Below, one piece after another: positions 15,191-23,744 of a stretch of DNA of 23,744 nucleotides. Source of the stretch: Bacteriovoracia bacterium (GTDB lineage: Bacteria > Bdellovibrionota > Bacteriovoracia > Bacteriovoracales > Bacteriovoracaceae); assembly GCA_046570105.1 (NCBI GenBank), contig JBKHVI010000043.1, forward strand, positions 1-23,744, given 5' to 3'. The position numbers were made by a program, and so were the translations under genes. The notes under the pieces are model-generated. The model searched no databases. It saw only the letters and a list, made by a program, of their open reading frames with translations, and had not been told where the DNA came from. Numbering within the stretch: position 1 is the stretch's first letter; each line of letters opens with the position of its first letter.

Positions 15191-15568
15191 CTATTCTGAA
15201 TCTGTTGGTTGAATGATGGGAGGTGGACCGCCGCCTTCGGTGTAACCGGTGATGGTATAACCTTTTGGCATGTAGATCCCGAGAGTCAAAAACGCGATCA
15301 AAATATCTTGTGGATTTTTGTGTTCGTAAATGATGGTTTTTGACAGTGCTTTAAAGCCAGCACGTTTCACTTCATCATCAACAAAAACAACACTGAAATC
15401 AGGATCATTACCCCAGAAGAAAAAATCACGACGGCCTTCGATCACCACTTCTTTTTGGTGCATCGGATTGCCTTCAAAAGTTATCGGAATGGATTGATTG
15501 GAACGGAAGTGGATGGTGGCGCAACTGGTGAACAAGAACAAAGCAGACAAACTCAGCATTTTTTTCAT
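15191..15568 (-). CDS. Bor/Iss-family-like lipoprotein
   Basis: MKKMLSLSALFLFTS-C signal; DFFFWG and FLTLGIYMP match Bor HFFVSG/FITLGIYTP; purine-rich SD before ATG 15568. Confidence 0.75.
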   Translation of the reverse strand: MKKMLSLSALFLFTSCATIHFRSNQSIPITFEGNPMHQKEVVIEGRRDFFFWGNDPDFSVVFVDDEVKRAGFKALSKTIIYEHKNPQDILIAFLTLGIYMPKGYTITGYTEGGGPPPIIQPTDSE

Positions 15569-15587
15569 TTCATATCCCCTTCCTTCC

Positions 15588-15616
15588 ATTGTTCGAGGTG
15601 AGATGGGGTATGTCAA
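15588..15616 (-). promoter_or_regulatory. Candidate sigma70 promoter of the Bor-like gene
   Basis: TTGACA-N17-AACAAT on the minus strand, 19 nt before ATG. Confidence 0.5.
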
Positions 15617-15623
15617 AAAATTT

Positions 15624-16430
15624 TCACTCAGCCCTGTACTGGGCCTTGGTTTTCTTCAGAAGACCATCTACCGCACTAAAGTGGTCCGATGATCTTTGTG
15701 TGATCGCTTGAAAGGCCGCCACTGTATCCAAATGAATAGAAAGTGACGTCTCATAAGCGTGCTGGAGTGCTTTTTTGGTGAGTTGAAGAGCGATAGGTGG
15801 AACTTCTGTTAAAGATTCCGCAATCTCTGTAGTACGTCGGACCAATTGGTCCGACAAAATCACTTCGTTAACAAGTCCCATTTTATGTGCATCATCGGCA
15901 GAATAAGTTTTTCCAGTGAAAAACATTTCTGTCGCCTTCGAGTGGCCGACGGCTCGAATAAGAAACCACGCTCCTCCATCACCTGGAATCAATCCTACTT
16001 TAGTGAATGTTTCTGCAAAACTCGCATCCGTCGAAGCAATTCTTAAATCAGTCATCGCAACCAGGTCACAGCCTGCACCGACAGCAGCTCCTTGAATCAT
16101 TGAGATAACGGGTTTATTCATGCGCGCAAGGGCGTGTGGGATTTGCTGGATCCCATGCATATAGCGCTCCCGCAATTCGTTTGATTCACCGGCAAACATG
16201 CCGGTTTTATTGAGCATGGCTTTGACGTCACCACCTGCACAGAAATTTTTTCCACGCGCCGCTAAGACGACCACACGTACATTGCGATCACGATTGGCCT
16301 GATCAAGCACCGCTGGCAAATCAATGACCATGGATTCAGAATAAGCATTACTTGCTTCCGGACGATTAAGCCAAACCCACAAGACATTATTTTTGAATTC
16401 AGTTTCAATATGCTCGTGAGCGGTTTTCAT
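15624..16430 (-). CDS. Crotonase/enoyl-CoA hydratase-isomerase family protein
   Basis: LNRPEASNA, FCAGGD, GAAVGAGCDL, GLIPGDGG; ATGA-coupled to HMG-CoA lyase. Confidence 0.92.
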   Translation of the reverse strand: MKTAHEHIETEFKNNVLWVWLNRPEASNAYSESMVIDLPAVLDQANRDRNVRVVVLAARGKNFCAGGDVKAMLNKTGMFAGESNELRERYMHGIQQIPHALARMNKPVISMIQGAAVGAGCDLVAMTDLRIASTDASFAETFTKVGLIPGDGGAWFLIRAVGHSKATEMFFTGKTYSADDAHKMGLVNEVILSDQLVRRTTEIAESLTEVPPIALQLTKKALQHAYETSLSIHLDTVAAFQAITQRSSDHFSAVDGLLKKTKAQYRAE

Positions 16431-17329
16431 GAGAGTCCTGTATTTAAATAAGCACGCAAGAATTTTGATGGCGTATCTTTGCCCACTTTAGCGAGTATAA
16501 AACTCGAAGCCTTGGCGAGTTTGGCGATATCAATTCCCGTCTCAAGCCCCTGTGATTTACACAGATACCAAACATCTTCTGTTGCGACATTTCCAGTCGC
16601 ACCTTTAGCGTAAGGGCAACCACCCAGGCCTCCTGCTGAGGCATCAAAAGTGGTAATGCCAGCCTCTAGACTGGTGAGAATATTGGCGACGGCCATGCCG
16701 CGTGTATCGTGAAAATGCATCGCCAGTTTTTGCGTACCAAATTCTTTGGTTAAAATTTTTAGACTCTCTTTCACCTGACGCGGACGAGCGACACCCGTGG
16801 TGTCACCAACAGAGACTTCATAGACGCCCATCTTCATGAAATCGCTAATAACTTTTACCAACTTCTCATGGGCAATTTCTCCCTCATAGGGACAGCCATA
16901 GGAAGTGGAAACATAGGCGCGAATTTTAAGACCTTTATTTAAGGCTTCCTCGGCGACAGGTCGCATGCGATCAAAAGTTTCAGCGACTGTGGCATTGACG
17001 TTTTTCTTAGCAAATGAATCAGAGGTGGCAGAAAAAAGAGCGATCTCTTTAACGCCCACTGAAAGTGCATCATTAAGACCGTGCATATTTGGCACAAGAC
17101 AGGGAAATGCAATTCCAGTCTTCGCAAGTTCAGCATTCACACGAGTATAAAGTGCGTGAGCATCGGCCATTTGAGGAATAGCAGGAGCTTTCACAAAGCT
17201 CGATATCTCAATGGTTTTAAGTCCCGTCTCACTTAAAAGGCGAATGAATTCAAATTTATCCTCGGTAGCGAGAATCGTTTTCTCATTCTGTAAACCATCA
17301 CGAGGGCCTACTTCAACAATACGAATCAT
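16427..17329 (-). CDS. liuE: Hydroxymethylglutaryl-CoA lyase
   Basis: EVGPRDGLQNE, GCPYEG, HFHDTRG, GLGGCPYAKGATGNVATED. Confidence 0.95.
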   Translation of the reverse strand: MIRIVEVGPRDGLQNEKTILATEDKFEFIRLLSETGLKTIEISSFVKAPAIPQMADAHALYTRVNAELAKTGIAFPCLVPNMHGLNDALSVGVKEIALFSATSDSFAKKNVNATVAETFDRMRPVAEEALNKGLKIRAYVSTSYGCPYEGEIAHEKLVKVISDFMKMGVYEVSVGDTTGVARPRQVKESLKILTKEFGTQKLAMHFHDTRGMAVANILTSLEAGITTFDASAGGLGGCPYAKGATGNVATEDVWYLCKSQGLETGIDIAKLAKASSFILAKVGKDTPSKFLRAYLNTGLS

Positions 17330-17808
17330 TCTAACTCCGCCAGGGCCATGCCCCCCTGAACGAGATCACCTTCTTTAAAGAGAATCTTTTTCACTTTGCC
17401 GTCTTTGTCGGCCTTAATGGGATGCTCCATCTTCATAGCTTCTAAGATCAAAAGTGTCTGACCTTGTTTGACCAAGTCTCCCACTTTCGCCACGACCTTA
17501 AAAACCTTACCAGGCATAGGTGCCGCTAAACTTCCTAGCGCTCCTGCTTTCTTTTTTGAAGCAGACGCGCCCTCGGAGATTTCAGCATCAAGGCCCGCGC
17601 CAGATATGAATGTAGTCTGACCGGTTGCAAGAGTACTCATACGAAACTGAAAGCCCTCTGCGTTTCGAATTATAAGAGTGTCTCCACTTCTTTGAATGAC
17701 TTCAAATTGGTGAGTTTTACCGGCCCAATCAAAACTTACTTTTGAATTTTTGAGTTCGTGAACGGCCACATCGAGCGTTTTGTTATTTATTGAAAGTGTA
17801 CGCTTCAT
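17326..17808 (-). CDS. Biotin carboxyl carrier subunit (BT-like + biotinyl domain) of methylcrotonyl-CoA carboxylase
   Basis: APMPGKV...LEAMKME biotinylation motif; ATG 17808 with GGAGG SD and ATGA overlap. Confidence 0.92.
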   Translation of the reverse strand: MKRTLSINNKTLDVAVHELKNSKVSFDWAGKTHQFEVIQRSGDTLIIRNAEGFQFRMSTLATGQTTFISGAGLDAEISEGASASKKKAGALGSLAAPMPGKVFKVVAKVGDLVKQGQTLLILEAMKMEHPIKADKDGKVKKILFKEGDLVQGGMALAELE

Positions 17809-19286
17809 AAACGCAACCCTCCCAAAGTATTCCATGGAGTCGTTGACGCTTCCACATTTGTATTAGTCGACTTTTGATTGTTCAAAAGAAAAGCTGCGAT
17901 ATGCGCTGCAAACTGTGCATCACTCACGTCCGTGGGCTTTAAGCTTTCAGCATGGTCAGGAATGAAATGCGTATGCGTCTTGCCCGCTTTGAATTCAGCA
18001 TGACTGAGAAGTCGTCTGAGATAGTCACGATTCGATTTAATACCAGTAAAAGTCACTTCATCTAAAGCGTGAAGCATTTTTGTGATTGCTTCTTCGCGAG
18101 TCGGGGCCCAAGTGATCAGTTTGGCCAGCATGGGATCATAGTTCACTCCCACCTCGGATCCATCAACATAACCACAATCTAGACGGACATCTTTTAAAGT
18201 TGGCAGGCCAATTTTTTTGATGGTACCAACTGTGGGAAGAAATCCGTTATCTGGATCTTCAGCACAAATACGACATTCGATGGCATGACCATTTTGACGA
18301 ATATCTTCTTGGATAAATTTGAGTTTTTCACCAGCAGCAACTTTAATTTGCAAACCTACGAGGTCAAATCCTGTCACCATCTCAGTGATGGGATGCTCCA
18401 CTTGCAAACGCGTATTCATCTCAAGGAAATAGAACTTTTGATCCGCACCCATGATAAATTCCACAGTGCCGGCGCCTCGGTAGTTAATTCCTTTAGAAAT
18501 CGCAGCAGCTGTCTGACAAATCGCTTTTTGTGTCTCAGGAGACAAACGAGGAGCAGGTGTCTCTTCAATAACTTTTTGATAACGACGCTGAATTGAGCAT
18601 TCACGCTCGAACAAATGAAAGTGCTGTCCATGAGTATCACTCACCACTTGCACTTCGATATGGCGAGGTTCAGTGACATATTTCTCGATAAGAACGGCAT
18701 CATTACTAAATGCTTTAAGTGCTTCCGATTTAGCACCAGCGAGCGCTTCTAAGAATTCTGAATCCTTATGAACGATACGCATGCCTTTGCCGCCACCACC
18801 TGCGGAAGCTTTAATCAAAACAGGGAATCCTATTTTTTTGGCTTCATTCGCTAAGAAACTTTCGTCTTGATTGCTGCCATGATAGCCGGGAATCATAGGG
18901 ACATTATATTTTTCTACTGCGATTTTTGAACCGATCTTGTCTCCCATCAAGCGAATCGAATCCGCAGTGGGTCCAATGAAAATCAGGCCGGCTTTTTCAA
19001 TCGCTTCACAAAATCCAGCATTTTCTGAGAGGAAACCATAGCCAGGGTGAATGGCATCGGCTTTTTTACTTTTAGCTGCATCTAAAATTTTAGTTTGATT
19101 AAGATAAGTATCTTTCAGTGTCCCGGAACCTAAACAGACAGCTTCATCGGCCATCCAGACGTGCGGTAGTTTCGCGTCGTCATCAGCATAGAGGGCGACT
19201 GTTTTAATACCCATGGCTCGGGCACTTTTAATCACTCGTACAGCGATCTCACCACGGTTAGCGATTAGAATCTTTTTGATTTTCAT
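17805..19286 (-). CDS. liuD: Biotin carboxylase subunit of methylcrotonyl-CoA carboxylase (alpha subunit N-terminal part)
   Basis: KILIANRGEIA, HPGYGFLSEN, GGGGKGMR, ERECSIQRR, EMNTRLQVEHP, YDPMLAKL; ATG 19286 overlaps the liuC stop. Confidence 0.9.
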   Translation of the reverse strand: MKIKKILIANRGEIAVRVIKSARAMGIKTVALYADDDAKLPHVWMADEAVCLGSGTLKDTYLNQTKILDAAKSKKADAIHPGYGFLSENAGFCEAIEKAGLIFIGPTADSIRLMGDKIGSKIAVEKYNVPMIPGYHGSNQDESFLANEAKKIGFPVLIKASAGGGGKGMRIVHKDSEFLEALAGAKSEALKAFSNDAVLIEKYVTEPRHIEVQVVSDTHGQHFHLFERECSIQRRYQKVIEETPAPRLSPETQKAICQTAAAISKGINYRGAGTVEFIMGADQKFYFLEMNTRLQVEHPITEMVTGFDLVGLQIKVAAGEKLKFIQEDIRQNGHAIECRICAEDPDNGFLPTVGTIKKIGLPTLKDVRLDCGYVDGSEVGVNYDPMLAKLITWAPTREEAITKMLHALDEVTFTGIKSNRDYLRRLLSHAEFKAGKTHTHFIPDHAESLKPTDVSDAQFAAHIAAFLLNNQKSTNTNVEASTTPWNTLGGLRL

Positions 19287-20053
19287 CCTTTCACCCACTG
19301 TGGTTTGTCTTTTTCTAAAAGGGCGCGCATACCTTCTTGGCCTTCGGCTCCAATTCTAATGCGAGAGATGCGGTGACATGTTTCATCTTCGACTTCATGA
19401 GAGACTCGCACTTTGAAAATGAGCGACTTGGCTTCTCTGGCGGCCAAAGGACCAGCAGTGAGAAAACTCTTTTTTACTGCTTCAATTGTTTCATCAAGTT
19501 TTTCTAATGGCACCACTTGATGTACGAGATTCATTCGCTGGGCTTGTTCGGCCCCGAAGCGCTCACCCGATAAGAACCAAGCACGAGCTTGTGACTCACC
19601 AATTTTGGCCATGACATAAGGAGAGATCACTGCTGGGAGTAATCCTAGGCGCGCTTCAGTAAAACCAAAAAGTGCTTTATCACTTGCGACCACAAAGTCA
19701 CAGCATGATACAAGTCCAGCTCCGCCACCTAAGGCATGGCCATTCACGCGAGCGATAGTAGGGAAAGGCATCTCATTTAAGGCACGAAACATGGCAGCTA
19801 ATTTCTTAGCATCTTGGAAGTTTTCAGCTTCCGTCCACGTCTTCATGGAGCGCATCCAATTAAGATCCGCGCCCGCACAGAAAGATGTTCCTGCACCAGT
19901 CAGAACCATCAATCGCAAAGGCTTCTTCGAAAGTTCGGTAAAAAGTTGCGTGGCTTCTAGAATGAGTTCAGCATTAAATGCATTATGCACATCGGGACGA
20001 TTCATCGTCACCGTAGCAACACCATTGGCCTCATGAAGATTAAGATACTGCAT
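19283..20053 (-). CDS. liuC: Methylglutaconyl-CoA hydratase (crotonase family)
   Basis: NRPDVHNAF, FCAGADLNWM, GGGAGLV, FTEARLGLLPAVISPYV, EGQEG; lies between MCC subunits. ATG 20053 follows the liuB stop. Confidence 0.88.
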   Translation of the reverse strand: MQYLNLHEANGVATVTMNRPDVHNAFNAELILEATQLFTELSKKPLRLMVLTGAGTSFCAGADLNWMRSMKTWTEAENFQDAKKLAAMFRALNEMPFPTIARVNGHALGGGAGLVSCCDFVVASDKALFGFTEARLGLLPAVISPYVMAKIGESQARAWFLSGERFGAEQAQRMNLVHQVVPLEKLDETIEAVKKSFLTAGPLAAREAKSLIFKVRVSHEVEDETCHRISRIRIGAEGQEGMRALLEKDKPQWVKG

Positions 20054-20054
20054 A

Positions 20055-21671
20055 TTACATCCTAAACACACCGAACTTCGCATCGCCGAAGTCACGGTTG
20101 TGTCCTGTTGAAAGACAAAGGCCCAATACATCACGCGTCTGCGCCGGATCGATCACTCCATCATCCCAAATGCGTGCACTTGAATAATAGGCGGAACCTT
20201 CGCGTTCATATTTTTCAAGCGTGGGGCGTTTAAACTCTTCAAGTTCTTTCTCATTCATCTGCGGCTTGCCCGCCAGCTTCAGACCATCTTGCTTGACCGT
20301 CGCTAGTACATTCGAAGCTTGTTCTCCACCCATCACCGAGATTCGAGCGTTGGGCCACATGAATAAGAAACGTGGAGCAAACGCACGTCCACACATTCCG
20401 TAGTTGCCGGCCCCAAATGAACCACCAATCACGATGGTGTACTTAGGTACTTGGACGGTAGAAACCGCTGTCACGAGTTTTGCACCGTTCTTAGCGATGC
20501 CTTCGTTCTCATACTGTTTACCAACCATAAAGCCGGTGATGTTTTGCAAAAAGACTAAAGGGATTTTGCGCTGACCACAGAGTTCAATGAAATGCGCACC
20601 CTTGAGTGATGACTCTGAAAAAAGAATGCCATTGTTGGCGACGATTCCCACGAGGTAGCCATGAATTTTAGCAAAACCACACACCAACGTTGATCCATAG
20701 TTCTCTTTGAATTCTTGGAATTCTGAACCATCAACCAAGCGGGCAATAATCTCACGAACATCAAAAGGCTTTCTGGTATCGCGCGAAAGCACACCATAAA
20801 TTTCTTCAGCTGGATAAATCGGCGCTTGAACCTCACCCTTGATAAACTTATTCGGATGAGTCGATTGATAATTTAATGTTTGCACGATATCGCGGCATTT
20901 TGCGAGGGCCTCTTCTTCGTTTTCCGCAAAGTGATCGGCCACACCTGATTTTGAGGTATGAACCAAAGCACCGCCTAAATCCTCCGCACTCACCTCTTCG
21001 CCCGTTGCTGCTTTCACAAGCGGAGGTCCACCTAAAAAGATAGTACCATTACCTTTGACAATAATGGTTTCATCACTCATGGCTGGCACATAAGCACCGC
21101 CAGCAGTACATGATCCTAAGACCACCGCGATTTGTGGAATTCCTAAAGCGCTCATTTGCGCTTGATTAAAAAAGATGCGCCCGAAATGTTCTTTATCGGG
21201 AAAGACTTCGTCTTGCTTAGGGAGAAAGGCGCCACCTGAATCAACGAGGTAGATACAAGGAAGGTGATTCTCGCGAGCAATCTCTTGAGCACGTAGGTGT
21301 TTTTTCACTGTGAGTGGAAAATATGTTCCGCCCTTTACTGTGGCATCGTTGGCAACAAAGAGACATTCGACTCCATGAACCAGGCCAATGCCAGTGACCA
21401 TGCCTGCACCAGGTACGTCGTCTTCATAAACTCCATCCGCCGCCAGGGTGCTTAATTCTAAAAACGGGGAGCCGGGATCAAGCACGCGATCAATTCGTTC
21501 ACGTGCCATCAGCTTGCCACGACTTTTATGTTTTTTGATAGCGTCAGAACCGCCGCCTTCGCGAGTTTTATCTAATCGCGCGCGAAGTTCATTAAGTAGA
21601 GATTTATTGTGCTCAAAATTGGCACGATAGTCGTCAGATTGAGTGGAAATGGAGGTCGCCAATGGTTGCAT
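20055..21671 (-). CDS. liuB: Methylcrotonyl-CoA carboxylase beta (carboxyltransferase) subunit
   Basis: [59 protein letters not shown]-terminal FGVFRM. Confidence 0.95.
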   Translation of the reverse strand: MQPLATSISTQSDDYRANFEHNKSLLNELRARLDKTREGGGSDAIKKHKSRGKLMARERIDRVLDPGSPFLELSTLAADGVYEDDVPGAGMVTGIGLVHGVECLFVANDATVKGGTYFPLTVKKHLRAQEIARENHLPCIYLVDSGGAFLPKQDEVFPDKEHFGRIFFNQAQMSALGIPQIAVVLGSCTAGGAYVPAMSDETIIVKGNGTIFLGGPPLVKAATGEEVSAEDLGGALVHTSKSGVADHFAENEEEALAKCRDIVQTLNYQSTHPNKFIKGEVQAPIYPAEEIYGVLSRDTRKPFDVREIIARLVDGSEFQEFKENYGSTLVCGFAKIHGYLVGIVANNGILFSESSLKGAHFIELCGQRKIPLVFLQNITGFMVGKQYENEGIAKNGAKLVTAVSTVQVPKYTIVIGGSFGAGNYGMCGRAFAPRFLFMWPNARISVMGGEQASNVLATVKQDGLKLAGKPQMNEKELEEFKRPTLEKYEREGSAYYSSARIWDDGVIDPAQTRDVLGLCLSTGHNRDFGDAKFGVFRM

Positions 21672-21737
21672 AGAGGCATCCTAAAAAATGAGGAAAATTG
21701 ATAGCTTATGTTAACTTAAGGGGATTTTGAGTGGCAA

Positions 21738-23576
21738 CTATTCTGAGACCACAAAGGGCCAGCGGTTCTGACGAAAACTATTAAGTAAGTACTGAATATA
21801 TAATTGCGATTCGCTCTTTAGTTCGCTCGGAGTCATAGCGGTAAGCTCACCGGTGTTAGTATTCCACTGATACTCTAACTCCTGCTCTCCCTCTACCCAG
21901 CGCACCAAACGATCGCCTCGTACATACTGCCAACCTGGTTGCAAGAAATGCAGCGCTCTTCCAGGGCCTTTAGAAAAAAGTGATTCTCCTACCATATTGA
22001 GCCCAACTTCCGAGACATCCACGAAATCGAGAATGGAAGCCGGCAGATCTACATGCTGAGTCACCTTCTCTGTCAGTGCTTTATCGAATTTTACGGTTGG
22101 ATGATAAATAATCAGCGGTACGCGATAATTTCCCAGCGCATTTTTAAATTTCTTACTCGCCATCTTTTGAGTGTGATCGGCGGTGATTATGAAAAGTGTC
22201 TCTTTAAACCAGGCCTCTTTTTCAGCTTTTAAAAAAAACTCTCTCAGCATTTGATCCACGTAACCAATACTCTCATGAATCTCGAGCGTGCCTTTGTTAA
22301 ATTTGCCCTGCCACTCTGCAGGTATTGTGTAAGGATGATGCGAGCTAATAGTGAAAATTCCGGCAAAAAATGGTGATGGGATTGTTCTCAACTTCTCAAG
22401 CGTAAATCCAAGAAATGGCCCGTCAAAGACACCCCAGTTGCCATCAAAATCTTTTTTGTAATCGGGATAATCTTCTCGACCGAAGTATTGCTCAATTCCA
22501 TGTGAAAGCGCATATGAATCAAAACTCATCGAACCACGAGCAGCGCCATGAAAAAACGCCGTTTTGTATCCTGCTGTTTTTAACTTTGTCGCCACACCTT
22601 CCAGCGCCATACTCTGCGCATTTGATTTAGAGAAAGGCGTTTCTTGTACTGAAGGAATGCCATCTAATAACGAGGACAGCACCTCGATTGATCGACGGCC
22701 ATTGGCAAAATGTTTGGAGAAAAACGCTCCTCTCTCTCCCAGTTCTTTTAAGAATGGCGTGTACCCTTCTTCGCTGTATTCGAGTGAGAAGCTCTCTAAA
22801 ATAATTAAAACAACATTGTGATTTTTATATCCAGGATAGGATGATGTGACTCGCAAACTTGATAGTTTGGATTGAAGAACCTCGTCAGAAAACCATGTTT
22901 TCTTCTGAAGTTTGGGCGCATTAAAGGTGCGCAAGAAATGATAAGGCGTATTTAAGGTCAAATGACCGAGTTCATTGGCGCCTTGGATGAAGGCACTTTG
23001 AACTTGAATTGATTTATGCTGAAGACCACCACGAATAGCGATGAATCCTAAAACGAGTCCGACAATTAAAATCGCCGGGCGCCACTTCCAACTCACACTC
23101 GTTTCTTTAAGTGAGTTCGCTAGTTTTTTATCTCCCCACCATAGGACAAGGGCCAACAAAATTCCTGCGAATATCAGATACCAGTAATAGAGGGCTACTT
23201 GAAAAATCTGATCCCAGATTTCTATTCCTAGCGAGCTAAAAAACTCCATCGACATACGCTTGCCGTTAAATTGGAAAAGTTCCAAGTCATTAACGGAAGC
23301 AATAATGAATGCAGAATTGATCAAAAGGAAAAATGCTCTCTCAATCTTCTCGATACGATGTGGGATCAAAGCAAATATCAAAAAGATCGTATTGATCCAG
23401 GCGAGCGCAGCGAGATCAAAGCGCAGGCCATGAATAAAACTATTCGTGAGTGTATTGAATGAATGAGTTTGAAAAAGTTCTGCGTGCTTAAAATAAAACG
23501 CCAAACGAATCGCACTGTAGATCATCATCAGAAGACCCAAGCGCAGCGATATAAGTTTGAGAGCTTTAGTTTTCAT
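21738..23576 (-). CDS. LTA synthase/MdoB-like membrane sulfatase-fold phosphotransferase
   Basis: N-terminal TM helices with GLRFD and IRGG; LIILESFS, NGRRSIE, TISSHHPY, ITADH. Start set at ATG 23576 because the longer ORF overlaps the 5S rRNA. Confidence 0.88.
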   Translation of the reverse strand: MKTKALKLISLRLGLLMMIYSAIRLAFYFKHAELFQTHSFNTLTNSFIHGLRFDLAALAWINTIFLIFALIPHRIEKIERAFFLLINSAFIIASVNDLELFQFNGKRMSMEFFSSLGIEIWDQIFQVALYYWYLIFAGILLALVLWWGDKKLANSLKETSVSWKWRPAILIVGLVLGFIAIRGGLQHKSIQVQSAFIQGANELGHLTLNTPYHFLRTFNAPKLQKKTWFSDEVLQSKLSSLRVTSSYPGYKNHNVVLIILESFSLEYSEEGYTPFLKELGERGAFFSKHFANGRRSIEVLSSLLDGIPSVQETPFSKSNAQSMALEGVATKLKTAGYKTAFFHGAARGSMSFDSYALSHGIEQYFGREDYPDYKKDFDGNWGVFDGPFLGFTLEKLRTIPSPFFAGIFTISSHHPYTIPAEWQGKFNKGTLEIHESIGYVDQMLREFFLKAEKEAWFKETLFIITADHTQKMASKKFKNALGNYRVPLIIYHPTVKFDKALTEKVTQHVDLPASILDFVDVSEVGLNMVGESLFSKGPGRALHFLQPGWQYVRGDRLVRWVEGEQELEYQWNTNTGELTAMTPSELKSESQLYIQYLLNSFRQNRWPFVVSE

Positions 23577-23580
23577 AGGC

Positions 23581-23608
23581 AAAAAAAAAGCCCTCTTTCG
23601 AGGGCTTT
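23581..23608 (-). terminator. Intrinsic terminator of the rRNA operon
   Basis: Minus strand AAAGCCCTC-GAAA-GAGGGCTTTTTTTTT (GNRA loop, U9), 10 nt after the 5S 3' end. Confidence 0.9.
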
Positions 23609-23618
23609 CAAAAAAAGG

Positions 23619-23736
23619 TGGGTGCATCTTGCTATTCTCACACAAAGTTCCCCTTGCACTACCTTCGCCGCAACTGAGCTTGACTTCCGGGTTCGGGATG
23701 TGACCGGGTATTTCCTCAGCGCTATCGACACACCCA
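23619..23736 (-). rRNA. rrf: 5S ribosomal RNA
   Basis: 118 nt; terminal helix UGGGUGU/GCACCCA; conserved CAUCCCGAACCCGGAAGUCAAGC and GGUAGUG...GUGAGAAUAG segments. Confidence 0.96.
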
Positions 23737-23744
23737 AACTGTTA

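Noticed and set aside
17790..17835. MCC alpha split as a frameshift error
   Set aside because: A GGAGG SD, an ATGA overlap and a break near the domain boundary indicate a natural two-gene arrangement.
23577..23645. Longer start for the LtaS-like ORF
   Set aside because: Runs through the terminator and into the 5S rRNA.
1..23744. Short antisense/nested ORFs (e.g. 2923-3318, 5930-6364, 8285-8662), CRISPR arrays, tRNAs, transposases
   Set aside because: The short ORFs are shadows of well-supported genes with no motifs; no repeat-spacer array, cloverleaf or integrase/transposase motif was seen.

Overview
Bacterial chromosomal window, probably Bdellovibrionota/Bacteriovoracia (inferred from gene content and sigma-28-type promoters, not from a search). 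Housekeeping content: uppP, an FHA-RDD membrane protein, a short-form metG, a UvrD/Rep helicase, a translationally coupled leucine-catabolism (liu/MCC) operon, an LtaS/MdoB-like sulfatase-fold enzyme and the 5S rRNA end of an rrn operon. Two accessory blocks stand out. (1) 3815-10136: a three-gene secreted module with two FliA-like promoters, encoding a ~980-aa Cys-rich coiled-coil protein, a lipoprotein M4/M36-type metalloprotease with a terminator hairpin inside its signal-peptide codons, and a membrane-anchored PepSY-like protein that may be its propeptide/inhibitor in trans. (2) 13940-15190: an AT-rich islet with a HExxH peptidase gene split at a UUU-UUU-UGA/T8 site, a coupled lipoprotein gene, and an upstream array of GGA-loop hairpins resembling CsrA/RsmA sites. 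All calls come from motif reading by eye; no database searches were run.
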